Of a DNA stretch of 64,000 bases, positions 11,741 through 24,510 are shown one piece after another. This DNA comes from Malacoraja senta (Eukaryota): the NCBI GenBank assembly GCA_038087875.1, contig CM075978.1:45260001-45324000 (forward strand). Reading direction: 5' to 3'. The notes under the pieces were generated by a model. It was not told the DNA's origin, made no database searches, and saw only the letters and a list, made by a program, of their open reading frames with translations. Positions within the stretch are counted from its first letter, which is position 1. Every line of letters begins with the position of its first letter. The position numbers and the translations under genes are program-made.

Positions 11741-13010
11741 TAGAGAGTACAGAGGAGATTTACTAGAATGTCCATACTTAAGAAAGGATGTACTGGCCCT
11801 GGAGGCAGTGCAGCGAAGGTTTACAAGATTAATTCCTGCAATGAGGGGATTGACATATGAGGAAAGGTTAAGTAGGCTGGAACTCTACTCTTTGGAGTTT
11901 AGAAGAATGAGAGGCGATCTCATTGAAACATATAAGATCGTGAGGGGCCTTGATCGGGTGGATGCACCGAGGATGTTCCCAATGATCGGGGAAACTAGAA
12001 CTAGGGGACATAGTTGTAGAATAAGAGGGGGCTCTTTTAAAACTGAGATGAGGAAGAACTTCTTCACCCAGAGGGTGGTTAATTTATGGAATTCACTGCC
12101 CCAGGGAGCAGTGGAAGCAGAAACATTAAATATATTTAAGTCTAAAATAGATGGTTTTTTAGCTGCCAAGGGGATAAGGGGCTACGGGGAGAGGGCAGGG
12201 ATATGGACCTAGGTATGGTTAGTATAGTAAGACCTGAGTGATCTCCTGGACAAGTGTCGATCGCCTGGATTGGGGTCGGAGAGGAATTTCCCGGATTTTT
12301 TTCCCGAATTGGACCTGGGTTTTTATCCGGTTTTTTGCCTCCCCCAGGAGATCACGCGGTTCTTGGGGTGGAGAGGGGTGATAGCGATATAAAGGGGAGG
12401 GTAGTGTCTTGTGTTCTGTGTCTTGTGTCTACTGTTTGTGGGTAAGGGTGTCTGTTTAGTGTTCAGCCATGAGCGAATGGCGGTGCGGGCTCGATGGGCC
12501 TGGTGGTCTACTCTCGCACCTACTTTCTATGTTCTATGTTCTATGTTCTATGCCTGGGTTTCGGCACCTAAGTTACAGAGAAAGGTTGCACAAGATAGGT
12601 CTTTATTCTTTGGAGCGCAGAAGATTAAGGGGGGACTTGATAGAGGTCTTTAAAATGATGAGAGGGATAGACAGAGTTGACGTGGATAAGCTTTTTTCCA
12701 TTGAGAGTAGGGAAGATTCAAACAAGAGGACATGATTTGAGAATTAAGGGACAAAAGTTTAGGGGTAACATGAGGGGGAACATCTTTACTCAGAGAGTGG
12801 TAGCTGTGTGGAATGAGCTTCCAGTGGAAGTGGTGGAGGCAGGTTCGATTTTATCATTTAAAAATAAATTGGATAGGTATATGGACGGGAAAGGAATGGA
12901 GGGTTATGGTCTGAGTGCAGGTAGATGGGACTAGGTGAGAGTAACTGTTCGGCACGGACTAGAAGGGCCGAGATGGCCTGTTTCCGTGCTGTAATTGTTA
13001 TATGTTGTTA
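11741..13010 (+). mobile_element. CR1 3' fragment (11741-11771 + 12551-13010) interrupted by a second CR1 (11772-12550)
   Basis: Host reading agatttactagaatgt|tgcctggg is split; inner element encodes QRRFTRLIPAMRG...FFTQRVVNLWNSLP and ends in (tatgttc)n. Confidence 0.9.
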
Positions 13011-13030
13011 TAAATATAAACACATTGTAT

Positions 13031-13335
13031 TTTAGTTTAGAAATACAGCATGGATAGAGACCCTTCAGCCCACAGCATTAATGCCGACCATTAATTACCC
13101 ATTCTCTCTTGTCATATGTTATCCCACTTTCTTATTTACTTTAGGGGCAATTTTTTTTATTTTTTTTTATAGAGGCCAATTAACCTTCAAACCTGCTCAT
13201 CTTTGGGATATGGGAGGAAACTGGAGCACCCGGAGGGGGATCATGGAAACTTCACACAGACATCATCCAAGGTCAGGATCAAACCAGAATCTCTGGTGCT
13301 GTGAGGCAGCAGCTCTACTAGCTGCAACCACTGAA
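13031..13335 (-). mobile_element. V-SINE (HE1-like)
   Basis: Reverse-orientation tail tttagtttagaaatacagcatgg and head gtgaggcagcagctctac. Confidence 0.8.
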
Positions 13336-13689
13336 ATTTCACGTTACACTTTTTGAAAATTTGTATTTTTGTTTTATCCTAAGATAAACAATAGGAAGTA
13401 ATGTTTGTATCGACCTTCAGTGCAAAAGAGCATCCTCCTATCCCTGCTCAGTTAATTAGCATAATCTTTTAACCCTTGTGTCTTCACTACTTCCACATTC
13501 AAACCAAATTCTAAAAGGTTTCTTCTGAATTCCCAAATGGACTTATTGGTGAATATCATGATGTAAGCCCTCTAGATTTGGACTCTGTTCCGCCTAGATT
13601 ATGCCCTTGGTTAATGTCGGTAGCTAGAAGATTCAGGAATAATCTAGTTCAGACGTTGGCCTGCAAGAATTCACCGAAGAATTGTTTTA

Positions 13690-13850
13690 AACTAACACTA
13701 TCGAAACGTTTAAGAAACATTTAGACAGGTACATGGACAGGACCGGTTTGGAGAGATATAGGCCAAAAGCAGGGAGGTGGTTGGGACATGTTGGCTGGTG
13801 TGGACAAAAAGGGCATGTTTCCACACTGTAAGACTCTATGACCATGACTC
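13690..13850 (+). mobile_element. CR1 3' fragment
   Basis: tttaagaaacatttagacaggtacatggacagg...gtttccacactg. Confidence 0.7.
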
Positions 13851-14113
13851 CACTACTATCAGAATTTACTTTCAAATTGCATTAATTTCCCTTAAGGGCA
13901 TTCTCACATTCTCCAGTTGCAAAAGCAGGGAGGTATCCTGCATCCTGTTTCATTCCTTGGCTGTAAATTCCTGCACCTGAATCCACATCATTAATAGTCA
14001 GGAAACATCACTGTACCACCTTACTACCGCACTCATGATCCTTCTGCACCAAAGTGATTTAATATAAATTTATCAGTGGCATGTTGTAAAAGACATCGAG
14101 AGCAGTGCCTTAC

Positions 14114-14332
14114 TTTATTCAGCAGATGCTGCAGTGCTTCTCTTGTGCAGTTGTGTCTCATATAAAAACTAATAATGGCCAGGTTGGTGCCATAACTTTG
14201 CAGGTAGAACAAGCATTCCTCGTAAAAGACTTGTTGCTTGACCTTTCCGTCCCCTTTAACTTCTAAACCTACACCATCAACCTTCAGCATGGCCTCCAGG
14301 TCTCTCAATGAGGCGAGGATGTCATCATCCTG
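14114..14332 (-). CDS. ZFYVE26: spastizin exon (~35)
   Basis: QDDDILASLRDLEAML...ECLFYLQSYGTNLAIISFYMRH...HLLNK; tandem CAGCAG acceptor. Confidence 0.95.
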
Positions 14333-14799
14333 CTGTTTATGGAGAAACAAAAATAAATATAATCATGAAGACAGGATATAAAGGCTGAAAGTTGATCAAA
14401 ACAGCATAACACATCACAAAATGTCAAGCATCAATGATGGAAATCTTCTTAAGTGACAATCTTGCATGTTTCAAATGTTGACATCGCCGTCATCGTCCGT
14501 CCTGAAAAGGACGCAAGCTTCTGGCGACAATTAGTGGGAGCCATCACTTGTTGCAATAGATGATGGTGGTAGCAGAATTAGCTCGGGATACTTCCAGTTT
14601 CCAGCCCCGCGATGTGGATGCTTCTGCTATGGGGCCGATGATGGAAATAAAACCTTGCAATCTTTTACAATAAGTTAACAACATACATGAGAAAATAGCC
14701 ATACAACAACTGGCCATGCTCCCAGACTGAATGTCTGCTAACCATCTGATGTTTAAAGATACTAAGTGATTGAAACTATTTTTAGAGATTAAAATAAAT

Positions 14800-15040
14800 T
14801 CATAACAGTTAGGAGCAGAATTAGGCCATTCAGCCATCTTTGTCTACTTCAGCTGTCTACTCTGCCATTCTGTCATGGCTGATCTACCTTTCCCTCTAAA
14901 CGCCATTCACCTGTCTTCTCCACATAACCCCTGACATCCGTACTAATCAAGAATCTGTTTATCCCTGCCTTAAAAAATATTCATTGACTTGGCCTCCACA
15001 GCTTTGTGTCAATTAATTCCACAGATTTACCACTCTGACT
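14800..15040 (-). mobile_element. CR1 3' fragment
   Basis: aggagcagaattaggccattcagcc...ttggcctccacagc...ttccacagatttaccac. Confidence 0.7.
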
Positions 15041-16017
15041 AAATATGATGAATAAAGTGATGAAAGCCCATTAATGAACCAACCAAATGGTTCTCTATTT
15101 CCATAAAGATGTTATTCAGCTATTCAAATTATTAAAATACTCAGCAACCAAGACCTGTTGATATTTTATTATGATAAATCTATAATAAAACCACTTAATA
15201 TGTCGAGGATATGTCGAGGATTAATCTGGGGTAATAAAAATTGTGCCCATTCAACCAGTTCATAGAATAAGAGGATTGAGATTGTACAAAACTTTAAATC
15301 ATAACTTCAGGTAACTATGGGGAACTTTGAGAGTAACAAATGGCACGATGGCTGTCTATCATTGTTTTTTCACCAACATTCAGGAAAATCACAATCTGAC
15401 TGTCGATAAAGTTCATATTCAGTTTGCAAATTTCTAACTTGAATATCTAGTTCACGGAGTATTTCTCTGCATTAAAAGCTCACTCGGACTTTCCTGATGA
15501 GGGTGTATGTCTGAGGAAGTTAAGTGTATTAAGTTAAGTGCGTAAATGCTAATGCATCAAATGCCCATCCATACAGCTGATTCAGGAGATGGAATTCAAT
15601 TCTATTACATAGCTTAATGCTACAAATAACACATATATAATGTGACTCACTAAAATAGGGTCTTTGATCAGTTTTAGAAGTTTGTGGTTCTTTTCTTTAA
15701 GTTACCTAATAGTTTTTAATAATTTTTTTCATAACTTAATTGTGGTCTGAAGTAAATTAACTATATGGTGTATTTTTAAATTTATAATTTTCAAATAATT
15801 TTAAACTGCTAAAATTGCTTAAACTTCAGAATAGCGTCATCCCAAATATCTGGATGGACAGAGTATTTGTGACCACTGCCCAGTCCATTATGAACACTGA
15901 CATCCCCGCCATTTCTCCTCAAGCATTTGTGAAACCCAAATCAGTCACTGCAGTGATGTAGCATGTTCCACCAGGGTTACCATTTATATATCGTATTGCA
16001 AAGTTAAAAATCATTAC

Positions 16018-16227
16018 CGTAGAAAAATATGGTTTTACAGAAGTCTCCAGGTGCTGCACTATTTCTTGCAGGAGTGAGGAGCCAAGAGTTAGCTGATTTT
16101 GGTCGAAAGGTGGTTTTAAGCAGCGACTAAATTTCTCCCGTGCTCCAGATAAGTTCCCTACTTTGAGGCAGGCTAATCCCCAGGCATGCCAGACTCCACT
16201 TGGATCCAGGCCACTCTTGGTTGAAAC
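16018..16227 (-). CDS. ZFYVE26: spastizin exon (~34)
   Basis: VSTKSGLDPSGVWHAWGLACLKVGNLSGAREKFSRCLKPPFDQNQL...; 210 nt. Confidence 0.96.
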
Positions 16228-16391
16228 CTAGAAAATAAAAGTCATGGACTTCATACAATCTTGCGTCCGATACAAATTGAGTAACAGGAGTAATCAAATG
16301 ATATTTATATTTATAAAATCTAAAATACTTAAAATAATGCATTGAACACCCAACTCAGAACATACCTCAAGATATTACTGTTTAACTCTAA

Positions 16392-17027
16392 AGGGCCTGT
16401 CCCACTTGGGCGTCATTTGCGCGACATCTGAAAAATTGGTTGGCGCATCGTGACGCATGCGTGGTGGCGTATGCAGTGGCGCGTGGTAACGTGCGGCGCC
16501 CCAGGATTTTGGGATGCTCAAAATCCTCGCGCGCCACCTGCGTGACGTATCCCTTGCGCACGCTGACGTACTGATGGCATACGCCGACGTACTGATGGCG
16601 TACGTGTAGCGCGTGGTGACGCATGGTTACACACGGTGACGCACGAACATTGCCTATGCTAATTTATTATGCGTCACCGTGCGTCAATGTCCGTAACCAT
16701 GCGCCGCCCGTACGCCATCGGCTCGCCATTTGCGCGGCATTTGAGCACTTCACCACGTGACGTTTTGGAACTGATCAGTCTGAAGAGGGATCTTGACCCT
16801 AAGCGCGCGTAGTTTTGAAAATTTTTCACTGGGAAAATCCTTGCCACGGAGATCGGACCAAGTACGAACGACATCGCAAATGGCTCCCAAAAGAAGCAGG
16901 GCCCTCAAGAGCACTTGGCGCGCGATTATTGTACTGCTAGACGATTTTCGGGCGACTGTCGAGCGTCAGTCACTACTGGCATGTCGCGTAAATGACGCGC
17001 AAATGACGCCCAAGTGGGACAGGCCCT
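16392..17027. mobile_element. PIF/Harbinger-type MITE
   Basis: 32-bp perfect TIR agggcctgtcccacttgggcgtcatttgcgcg; TAA TSD on both sides. Confidence 0.92.
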
Positions 17028-17089
17028 TAAAGGAAGTAGCACAAGTTACTGTATTTGTAATCACAGGACATCTCATAAATAAAAAAATC

Positions 17090-17290
17090 TAGATGACACG
17101 AGGAACTGCGGATGCTGGTTAATAAACAAAAGGACAAAGTGCAGGAGCAGGTGAGGCAGCATTTATGGAAAACAAGGATAGGCGACATTTCAGGTCGGGA
17201 CCCTTCATTCAGACTGATTGTAGTAAGGGGGAGAAAGCGAGAAGAGAGGTGGGTGGAGGAGGGGAGGGAAACAAAGCCTGAATAGGTGGA
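17090..17290 (-). mobile_element. Penelope-derived terminal fragment with hammerhead-like motif
   Basis: Minus strand ctgaatgaagggtcccgacctgaaatgtc. Confidence 0.7.
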
Positions 17291-18103
17291 AAGAAAGAAT
17301 TGGATCAGTTTTATTCTCAAACTTGTTATAATTACTGATTACAACATTGGAGGTCATTCAACCCACTGGATCCACATCAGTTTAAGCAGAACAATCCCAT
17401 CAGCCTCATTATCCTCTTCCTATTTACCTTGTAGCTTTTCAACATATTCCCTCTTACATGCATGTTAATTTAAATTGTTTCTTCTTGTAAATTACCTACA
17501 GTAAAGGGTAATTTAGGATGTAGAAGGAAACCAGAACATCTAAAGAAAACCCCACAGTCACAAGGAGAACGTGCAAACTCCACACAACTGAAGGCCAGAT
17601 TTAAACTTGGGTCCCTTGATTATGATGAAGCAGCATTAACTGCTGTACCACCAGACCATTCTCATATTGATTTTTTAGTCTGCATTGACAAGCTCTGAAT
17701 TAATATATTTAACTCAGAAACCGAACTGATACTTTCCCTGCAGCAAGTGTCTAGTGTACCACTAACACGATGAGTTATTAGGCAACTTGTTTGACTTTAA
17801 ATTAGAACGTTGCTGACTCAATATCTGGTCAACCAAATTACAATGGATGCCAGCCAAATTATTTGCAAATTCTCACTGCATGCATATTGGTTTTGATAAT
17901 TCCTTACATAATAATGGTGACTCCAATCTTTAAGTCATTGACATGAAGTGAAGCTTTAAAATACTATTGCATGAGTCTCGTCATCCTGATAGACAATTTC
18001 CCAGTACTTCAATGTTACCACACCATACACCTACTAGATGTCAGATACTAATTGCATCCCTGATGGCAGAAAATATCTTTTTGAAATAAAGTTTCTCATT
18101 TAC

Positions 18104-18251
18104 CTCAACAGCCAATGCGTAGTATTCAGTTTCCAAAAGCTTATTTCTCAATCTTGTGATGGCTGCTGGTTGAAGGATTTGTTCGAGGGATGGCACATCT
18201 TGGTAGTTAGCAGCGACCAGAATCTTCACTACATCCACTTTGCTGGTATAA
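18104..18251 (-). CDS. ZFYVE26: spastizin exon (~33)
   Basis: YTSKVDVVKILVAANYQDVPSLEQILQPAAITRLRNKLLETEYYALAVE. Confidence 0.96.
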
Positions 18252-18439
18252 CTGCATAATGTGACAGAAAACATGAAATTAAGCTTGAACAAAAAATATT
18301 CTACGAGAAATACGATGCGTAATGAAGGTCTTGTTCAATTTCAATATCTCTGGAGGTAAAAGAATGCCACAGATATTTTCCACTATCATGCGGATACTGT
18401 GACAGTCATAAAAGTACTTAATGATCATCATGTTGCACA

Positions 18440-19450
18440 TGGAAGACTAAACTGGCTGCAATTTGAAGAGGTTTTCAGATGCAGAAAGCCTTCATAAACT
18501 AGCTGTGTGAATGGACAAAGACACAGCACATGGGATAGAATGAAATTAATGTGAGGTCATCAACTTTGGTTGAAAAAAAGAGAAGAGTATCTTTTCAAAT
18601 ACCAGACGATGCTGGTATTCAGGAGGACTTGGAAATCCATATACACCGCTACTGAAAGTTTGAATGAAGATTCAGCAGACAAATAGCAAGGCAAATGATG
18701 CATTGACCTTTACCAATACAATATTTGGGCGCAAGGATAGAGATAAATACACAGAAACAAAGAACAGTATAATACAGAAACAGGCCCAATGCACACATGT
18801 CAGCACTAAAATCCTATCTGCCTGCACATAGTGTCTATCCTACTTTTTCCTGTCTTTGTTTGTTCCTGTGTCTGTCTAAATGTCTCCTGAATGTTACTAT
18901 TGTATTCAAACCACCTCCCCTGGCAGCACGTTCCAGGCACCTACCACACTCTGTGTAAAATAAAGTTCTTGCAAATCTCCTTTAAGCTTGCCCTCTCTCG
19001 CCTTAAACCTGTGCCCTCTAGTATTTGACATATTTCTACCCTGGGACAAACATTTTATCTACCTTACTTGTCTCACATAATGTCTAGTGGTTACTCTACC
19101 TATGGAAGGATACGCTTGCAAGAGAGGAAGTGGTGCAAGGATTCACCAGATCAATTATTGGGATGACAGATTTATCATACAAATGATGAGCATATAATTC
19201 TCTTCAGTTTATAGGAATGAGATGTGAAAAGTACAATTTTTCCAATGAGACTTCAATGGGTAAATATCAAGCTGATATTTCCATATCTGGCCTGTCTAGA
19301 ACCAAGGATAACAGTTTTAAAATAAGGAGTTTGACATTCAAGATCGAGATGAGAGGAAGTAAATAATTTAGATTTTCTACTCAATACCTATGGGGATGCA
19401 GTCGCTGTGATTTTTTGTTATGAAGGGAATCAAAAGGTATGGGTCAACCA
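18440..19450. mobile_element. old degenerate CR1 (+) with a reverse CR1 3' fragment inserted (~18750-19080)
   Basis: Decayed CR1 ORF2 3' motifs; reverse segment ccctggcagcacgttccaggcacctaccacactctgtgtaaaa. Confidence 0.6.
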
Positions 19451-19525
19451 CCACTTGAGAACCTGTAGACTAATCCAATGGCAATGGCGATGGTGCTCTG
19501 TGCACAGAATATCCGAACATTATAG

Positions 19526-19625
19526 GTAGACACTAAATGCTGGAGTAACTCGGAAGAACAGGCAGCATCTCTGGAGAGAAGGAATGGGTGACGTTTCCAG
19601 TCGAGACCCTTCTTCAGTCCGAACA
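19526..19625 (-). mobile_element. Penelope-derived terminal fragment with hammerhead motif
   Basis: Minus strand ggaCTGAAGAagggtctcgactgGAAACGTCaccc. Confidence 0.8.
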
Positions 19626-19849
19626 TCATAGCTGTACAGACCCAATAACATTATGAATGTAAAGGAGCCATGCACTATTTTTGCACTGTTTGTATATTAT
19701 TTTTATAAATAAAGTAAATAAAATGGCAAGTTGCTGCATGAGACCATAAATCACAGATGTTAGCGATAAAGTGCATCATTGTTTTTTTTGCAGCAGTTAT
19801 TCCACGTTAAGAGCCAATCAGTCCCCAGTTACCATGCGGGGTTCCTCAC

Positions 19850-20070
19850 CTGTCACAAAGAGCCAAGTCCTGGCTCCTTCCTGCTTTCACAAACATCATT
19901 TTAGCACTAAATAGGAGTTGCTTCATGATGTCCATTAAGAGGCATGCATCCACTTCTGGGTTTGTCAATGCTCGTGAGAGTTTGCTGCAATGGTCTATCA
20001 GTAGATGGCCGCATACCATACTATTGCTGTGCAAATTAAGTATGGCAATACACAGAGAAGCACTGGGAGC
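19850..20070 (-). CDS. ZFYVE26: spastizin exon (~32)
   Basis: APSASLCIAILNLH...TNPEVDACLLMDIMKQLLFSAKMMFVKAGRSQDLALCD. Confidence 0.97.
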
Positions 20071-20619
20071 CTGTAAAACATATCAGTAAATTTACAGTTT
20101 CATTGATTGCCTTCATTTCTGCACATTTCCTACTAGCCTTCATCATTCAGTGTGTTCCCATGTCTTTGTCAACAATAACAAGACAAGTGGCAAGGTGGTG
20201 AATTTCAGACTCGGCTTCTCTTCCATTTCCCATCACCTGTGCCTCACTTCATGGTGAAAAAATTGCCTTGAGCACAATGCAAGAGGAAACTCGAGCTACA
20301 AACAAGAACTTTTCAAGAAGAGTCACAACCACAACCAGGAACAATTACAGCCATCAACAACTGTCTCCCTGAAGACTTGTGCTGTGCCAACTTCTAGCCC
20401 AGTTGATGTACGCATCAGCAAAGACTATCAATTATATCTGGAACTATTCACATGAATTATTGAAGAACTTAATCGGCTTTATTTCATGAAACTTTTGGAT
20501 GTTTTTGTTTACAATATATGGAAATCCATTGAGGTTTTAATTATTTCTTTCCTCAGAAAAAATATTGAAAAGCATTCCATTAAATTCTACCATATATTTT
20601 AAGTACTATTACAATGTTG

Positions 20620-20840
20620 TGTTTAGTTCAGTTTAGAGATACAGGCCCTTTGAGCCACCAAACACGCAGCGATCAGTGATCCCCGTACACTAGCACTATC
20701 CTACACACTAGGGACGATTTATAATTTTTACAGAAGCCAATTAACCCACAAACCTGTACGTCTTTTACGTGGGAGGAAGCCGGAGGGCCTGGGGAATACC
20801 AGGCAGCAACTCTACCGCTGAACTACTGTGCCGCCCCAAC
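20620..20840 (-). mobile_element. V-SINE (HE1-like), internally deleted
   Basis: gtttagttcagtttagagatacag...cagaagccaattaacc...ggcagcaactctacc. Confidence 0.8.
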
Positions 20841-21864
20841 ACTGCATTAAACAGTGCATTATTCATACATTATATAGTGCATTATACAGTATTCCCAACA
20901 GTGCATTATATTACAGTGGTAATGCTTTAATTCTGACTCAGAAGGTTGTGATTATAAACCGGATTCCAAGAATTTGGCATGCAACTTAGGCTTGCATTTC
21001 GTTGCAGTACCGATTGAATGCTATAATATTAGAGCTATTGTCTTTCAGACTAATCAAGCAGGTACTGGTTATCTGAAAACCCCCCACAGAAAATGCCGGA
21101 TTTACTCAGTGGGTCAGGTAGTATCTGTGGTAAGAGAAGCAGAAAGAAAATGGGGAGAAGGGGGAAGAAACTTAAAGCAATTATAAATGGAGAAAAATAT
21201 GAGGTTCATGGGACCAAGAGTTGACAAGTTCTAGTTCTTATGAAATATTAAAGTTGTTCAGGTGGGTGCAATTCAGTAGAAATTGCTGTTTGCTTTATTA
21301 CAGCTGTAAGATGCATGCCACTGACTTTTTTTAATGTAGCCACACCGTGAAATGAGCTTGTTTTGTTTTGTAGCCATGTTCTTTTTGTAGCCATATTGTG
21401 AAATATGACACCCAAGAAATCTCAAGAGGTGACTTAGGGACAACATGGTAGGATGGGAAACAAATTCATATCTTTGGGAGTCTTGTTTGCATTAACGCCG
21501 AACAATTTTAAGCTATTATTTAGAATTTGTAGAGGTGGGTTCAAGAAAGGATCAACACAAGTCATCTGACTACCATGGGAAAATAATAATATTTATTTTG
21601 CATAGTGTACACTGCACAAGTATATTGTCATGTCAGACTATCTACCAGAATAAATGGATTATATTGCAGAATGTATATGTTACTGGCACTGAACTGCCTA
21701 AGTAATCCATAATGTTTTTGATATTTCATTTCTTTTGAAGTGATCCACAGCTTGTCATGGTTGTAACTGTAACCGATATGCATCAAACAGAAATTCAAAC
21801 TATTTAATAGTTTTGCAACAAAAATAATAAAAGGTACAAATACAGGAAGGTTTCTATTTCTCAC

Positions 21865-22001
21865 CTGTTCATAGAAAAACTCACTGCGCTCAATTTCATT
21901 TTCATCCTCGTTCAGAGTCAGACTCCAATGTACCTCGGCAACTCTTGGTATCTGTAAAGCGACAGCAAGTTCCGAGCCAGTATCATCGCAACTTGTGGCA
22001 T
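21865..22001 (-). CDS. ZFYVE26: spastizin exon (~31)
   Basis: ...QIPRVAEVHWSLTLNEDENEIERSEFFYEQ|gtgag. Confidence 0.94.
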
Positions 22002-22089
22002 CTAATACACAAAAATGGAGTTGTACACTTGCATCATTAAGATAGGAAAAAACCCAGAATATTTTCAAAAATATTCTTGGGTTGCTCAC

Positions 22090-22118
22090 CTTCTCCTTCA
22101 TCCAGTTGTTCTTTTTCT
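22090..22118 (-). CDS. ZFYVE26: spastizin micro-exon (~30), 29 nt
   Basis: catcttccatag|a GAA AAA GAA CAA CTG GAT GAA GGA GAA g|gtgagc; needed to bridge a phase-2 donor to a phase-1 acceptor. Confidence 0.85.
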
Positions 22119-22879
22119 CTATGGAAGATGAGTTCAGATACAGAAAAATATATAGATTAATGCACAGTATTAATTTTTTTTTAACTGGAATTTATACTTT
22201 ATTAAATAATTGGCACTTCAAGAAACCTTTATGTATTGTTAACATCCAATGTTTATACAAGCTTTAGTTTGTTTCGTTGGACACACTTACTTTCAGGGCA
22301 TATTATAACAAACTTAACTTTCAAAATTTATGATCAGCTTGATCCATGTCCAGGATGTATATAGTGACTGGTAGTCGCCAAAGCAGAGTTACCTTCCTGC
22401 TCTTTATGCACCTTGTTCCATCTGTTGCAGATCTTATCCCCATTCTGTCACTGAATTCAGATAATTGTTTGTAATTATCTGATACTATTTGTATTGCAAA
22501 ATAAGTTAAGATCTAGCACCAGTTTCTGCCAATACTATTAAAATTTGACTATTCCCTTTACGTGGAAAACCTTCTAAAAGCCTTCCAACCCCATCTCACA
22601 CCCAGAATTGTTTCCTCAATATCCTCGAGGATAGGATCTAGGAAAACATAGTCTGAGAGGGAGCATTGGGTCATAAAGCTATTGAGCATGGAAATCTTGC
22701 CTGTGCCGATTAAGTTGAAATTCTGGGCTAGTCCCATTTGCCTGCATTCGGCCTATATCCCTCTAAACCCTTCTTATTCATACCTCTGTCCAAATATCCA
22801 TTGAAAGTTGTGATTATAAATAGATAATTATAGGTGGGCTATAGTTTAAGATGTTCACTGCTACACACCATTGTATTCA

Positions 22880-23070
22880 ACAATACAAAGTCAATGATAC
22901 CAGGCAATCCCTCTGGATAAACATGCTTTGCTTCCACTCTAGTCCTGGGGGCTCCAAGGTGACTGCGAAGGCCAATGTTTGACCCGCAGACTCTGTCAGA
23001 GAAGGGACCAGCGTTTGAATAATGTGCGTCGTAATGTGCTCCTCCCACTCTTTACTTTGGGCTTCTATAT
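22880..23070 (-). mobile_element. RTE-clade LINE 3' fragment
   Basis: Translates as RVCGSNIGLRSHL, typical of the RTE ORF C-terminus. Confidence 0.6.
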
Positions 23071-23709
23071 GGGGATTCTCAAGGTTTCAAGGTCAGTTTA
23101 TTGTCATACATATTAAGGTACAGTGAAATTCTAATGCAAGGGCTCAAGATTCTCAACTTTAGAAGATATCCTTAACTATTCCCCTCTGTTCACCTGGTCA
23201 AGTCTAATCTTGTGACAGGCAAGAACTAAAAATACTTGTTATGAAGCACAAGAAGGATTTTTATTTTTATTTTTTAAACACCATTAAAGAGTGCCACAGA
23301 TTGCAATTAATATCACCTTCTTGGAAAAGTCAGCTTCAAAAAGCTAACCACCACAAGAAAAGCTGGCTTTTCCAAGCGATGTAGATGCTGTATCGTTACA
23401 TGTATATTCAGTGTTGCACTAGACAGCGTTCAACTGCTTGATAAATGATTAACATAGTAAGGCATTGGAAAATAAAATTTCATTTAATATTTTTAAATGT
23501 AGTCAAATGACATTGTAAATATGAATTAATTATAGCCAGATGAGTGACATATTTGAGCGGAACTGATTTTCACCAGATTCTAATAAAACGCATATGATAG
23601 TACGCATGAAAACATTGCAGTGTTTCCAGAATAAACTTGGTTATCTACTTATCACAATAGGCACTGCTGCCACTTGATGAAATCTAGTCCAGAATGAGTT
23701 CAGGCTTAC

Positions 23710-23846
23710 TTTGTATGATAATAATTGTAACACTGGTCGCAAACCCGTGCTGGGTTGTCTCTGCAGTCCTTAACCACCATTTTCTTTGCTGAGCAAGACT
23801 GGCAAACAACACGACCACAGCGCCTGCAATGATGTCGACGATTGAA
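23710..23846 (-). CDS. ZFYVE26: spastizin exon (~29), FYVE domain core
   Basis: FNRRHHCRRCGRVVCQSCSAKKMVVKDCRDNPARVCDQCYNYYHT (R+HHC+xCG and RVC motifs). Confidence 0.98.
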
Positions 23847-24319
23847 CTAGTCAAGAAAGAAATTTGAAATAAAGACAGAAAATGGTGAAAACACTCAATG
23901 TGTCACGCAGCATCCGACGTAGATTCCCGAATCAGAATCGTTAACTCAGTTTCTCTTTCCATAGATAGTCTGCCCTCAAACCACTGACTCTGTAAGCCTT
24001 CAGCAAGTTCTACATTAAAGACTCTACCATTCATTCTTTTATGTGAGCATCAATTAACAATTGATTCGAGAAGAGCATTTGTGCACCAGCCAGTGTAACA
24101 TTTTACACATTCACATTCCGCTACCTTGGCTTCACTAGCAAGGTCAGCATTTATTGCTCATCCCCAAATGCCTTGAGTAGATTGTGATGAGCCAGCTTCC
24201 TACACTTTGACAAAGATATTGCTTTGTGCAGTGTTAAAGGATTTAGATCCAGCGATGGTGAATGGCGTCAATATATTTTCAACTCAAGCTTGGAAGCAGT
24301 GAAACAAAAACTGCACAAG

Positions 24320-24510
24320 GTGGAAATGTCAAAGATGAGAAAGCATAGCTTTAAGGTGACAGGAGCGAAGTTTGCAGGAGATGTGCAGAATGGTGGGTGT
24401 CTGGAATGTGTTGCCTGGGTGGTGGTGGAGGGAGATATCATAGTAATAGCATTTAAAAAGCTTTTGGATAGGCACATGGATATGCAGGGAATGGAAAGAT
24501 ATGGATTTTG
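24320..24510 (+). mobile_element. CR1 3' fragment
   Basis: KVEMSKMRKHSFKV...FKKLLDRHMDMQGMERYG. Confidence 0.75.
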
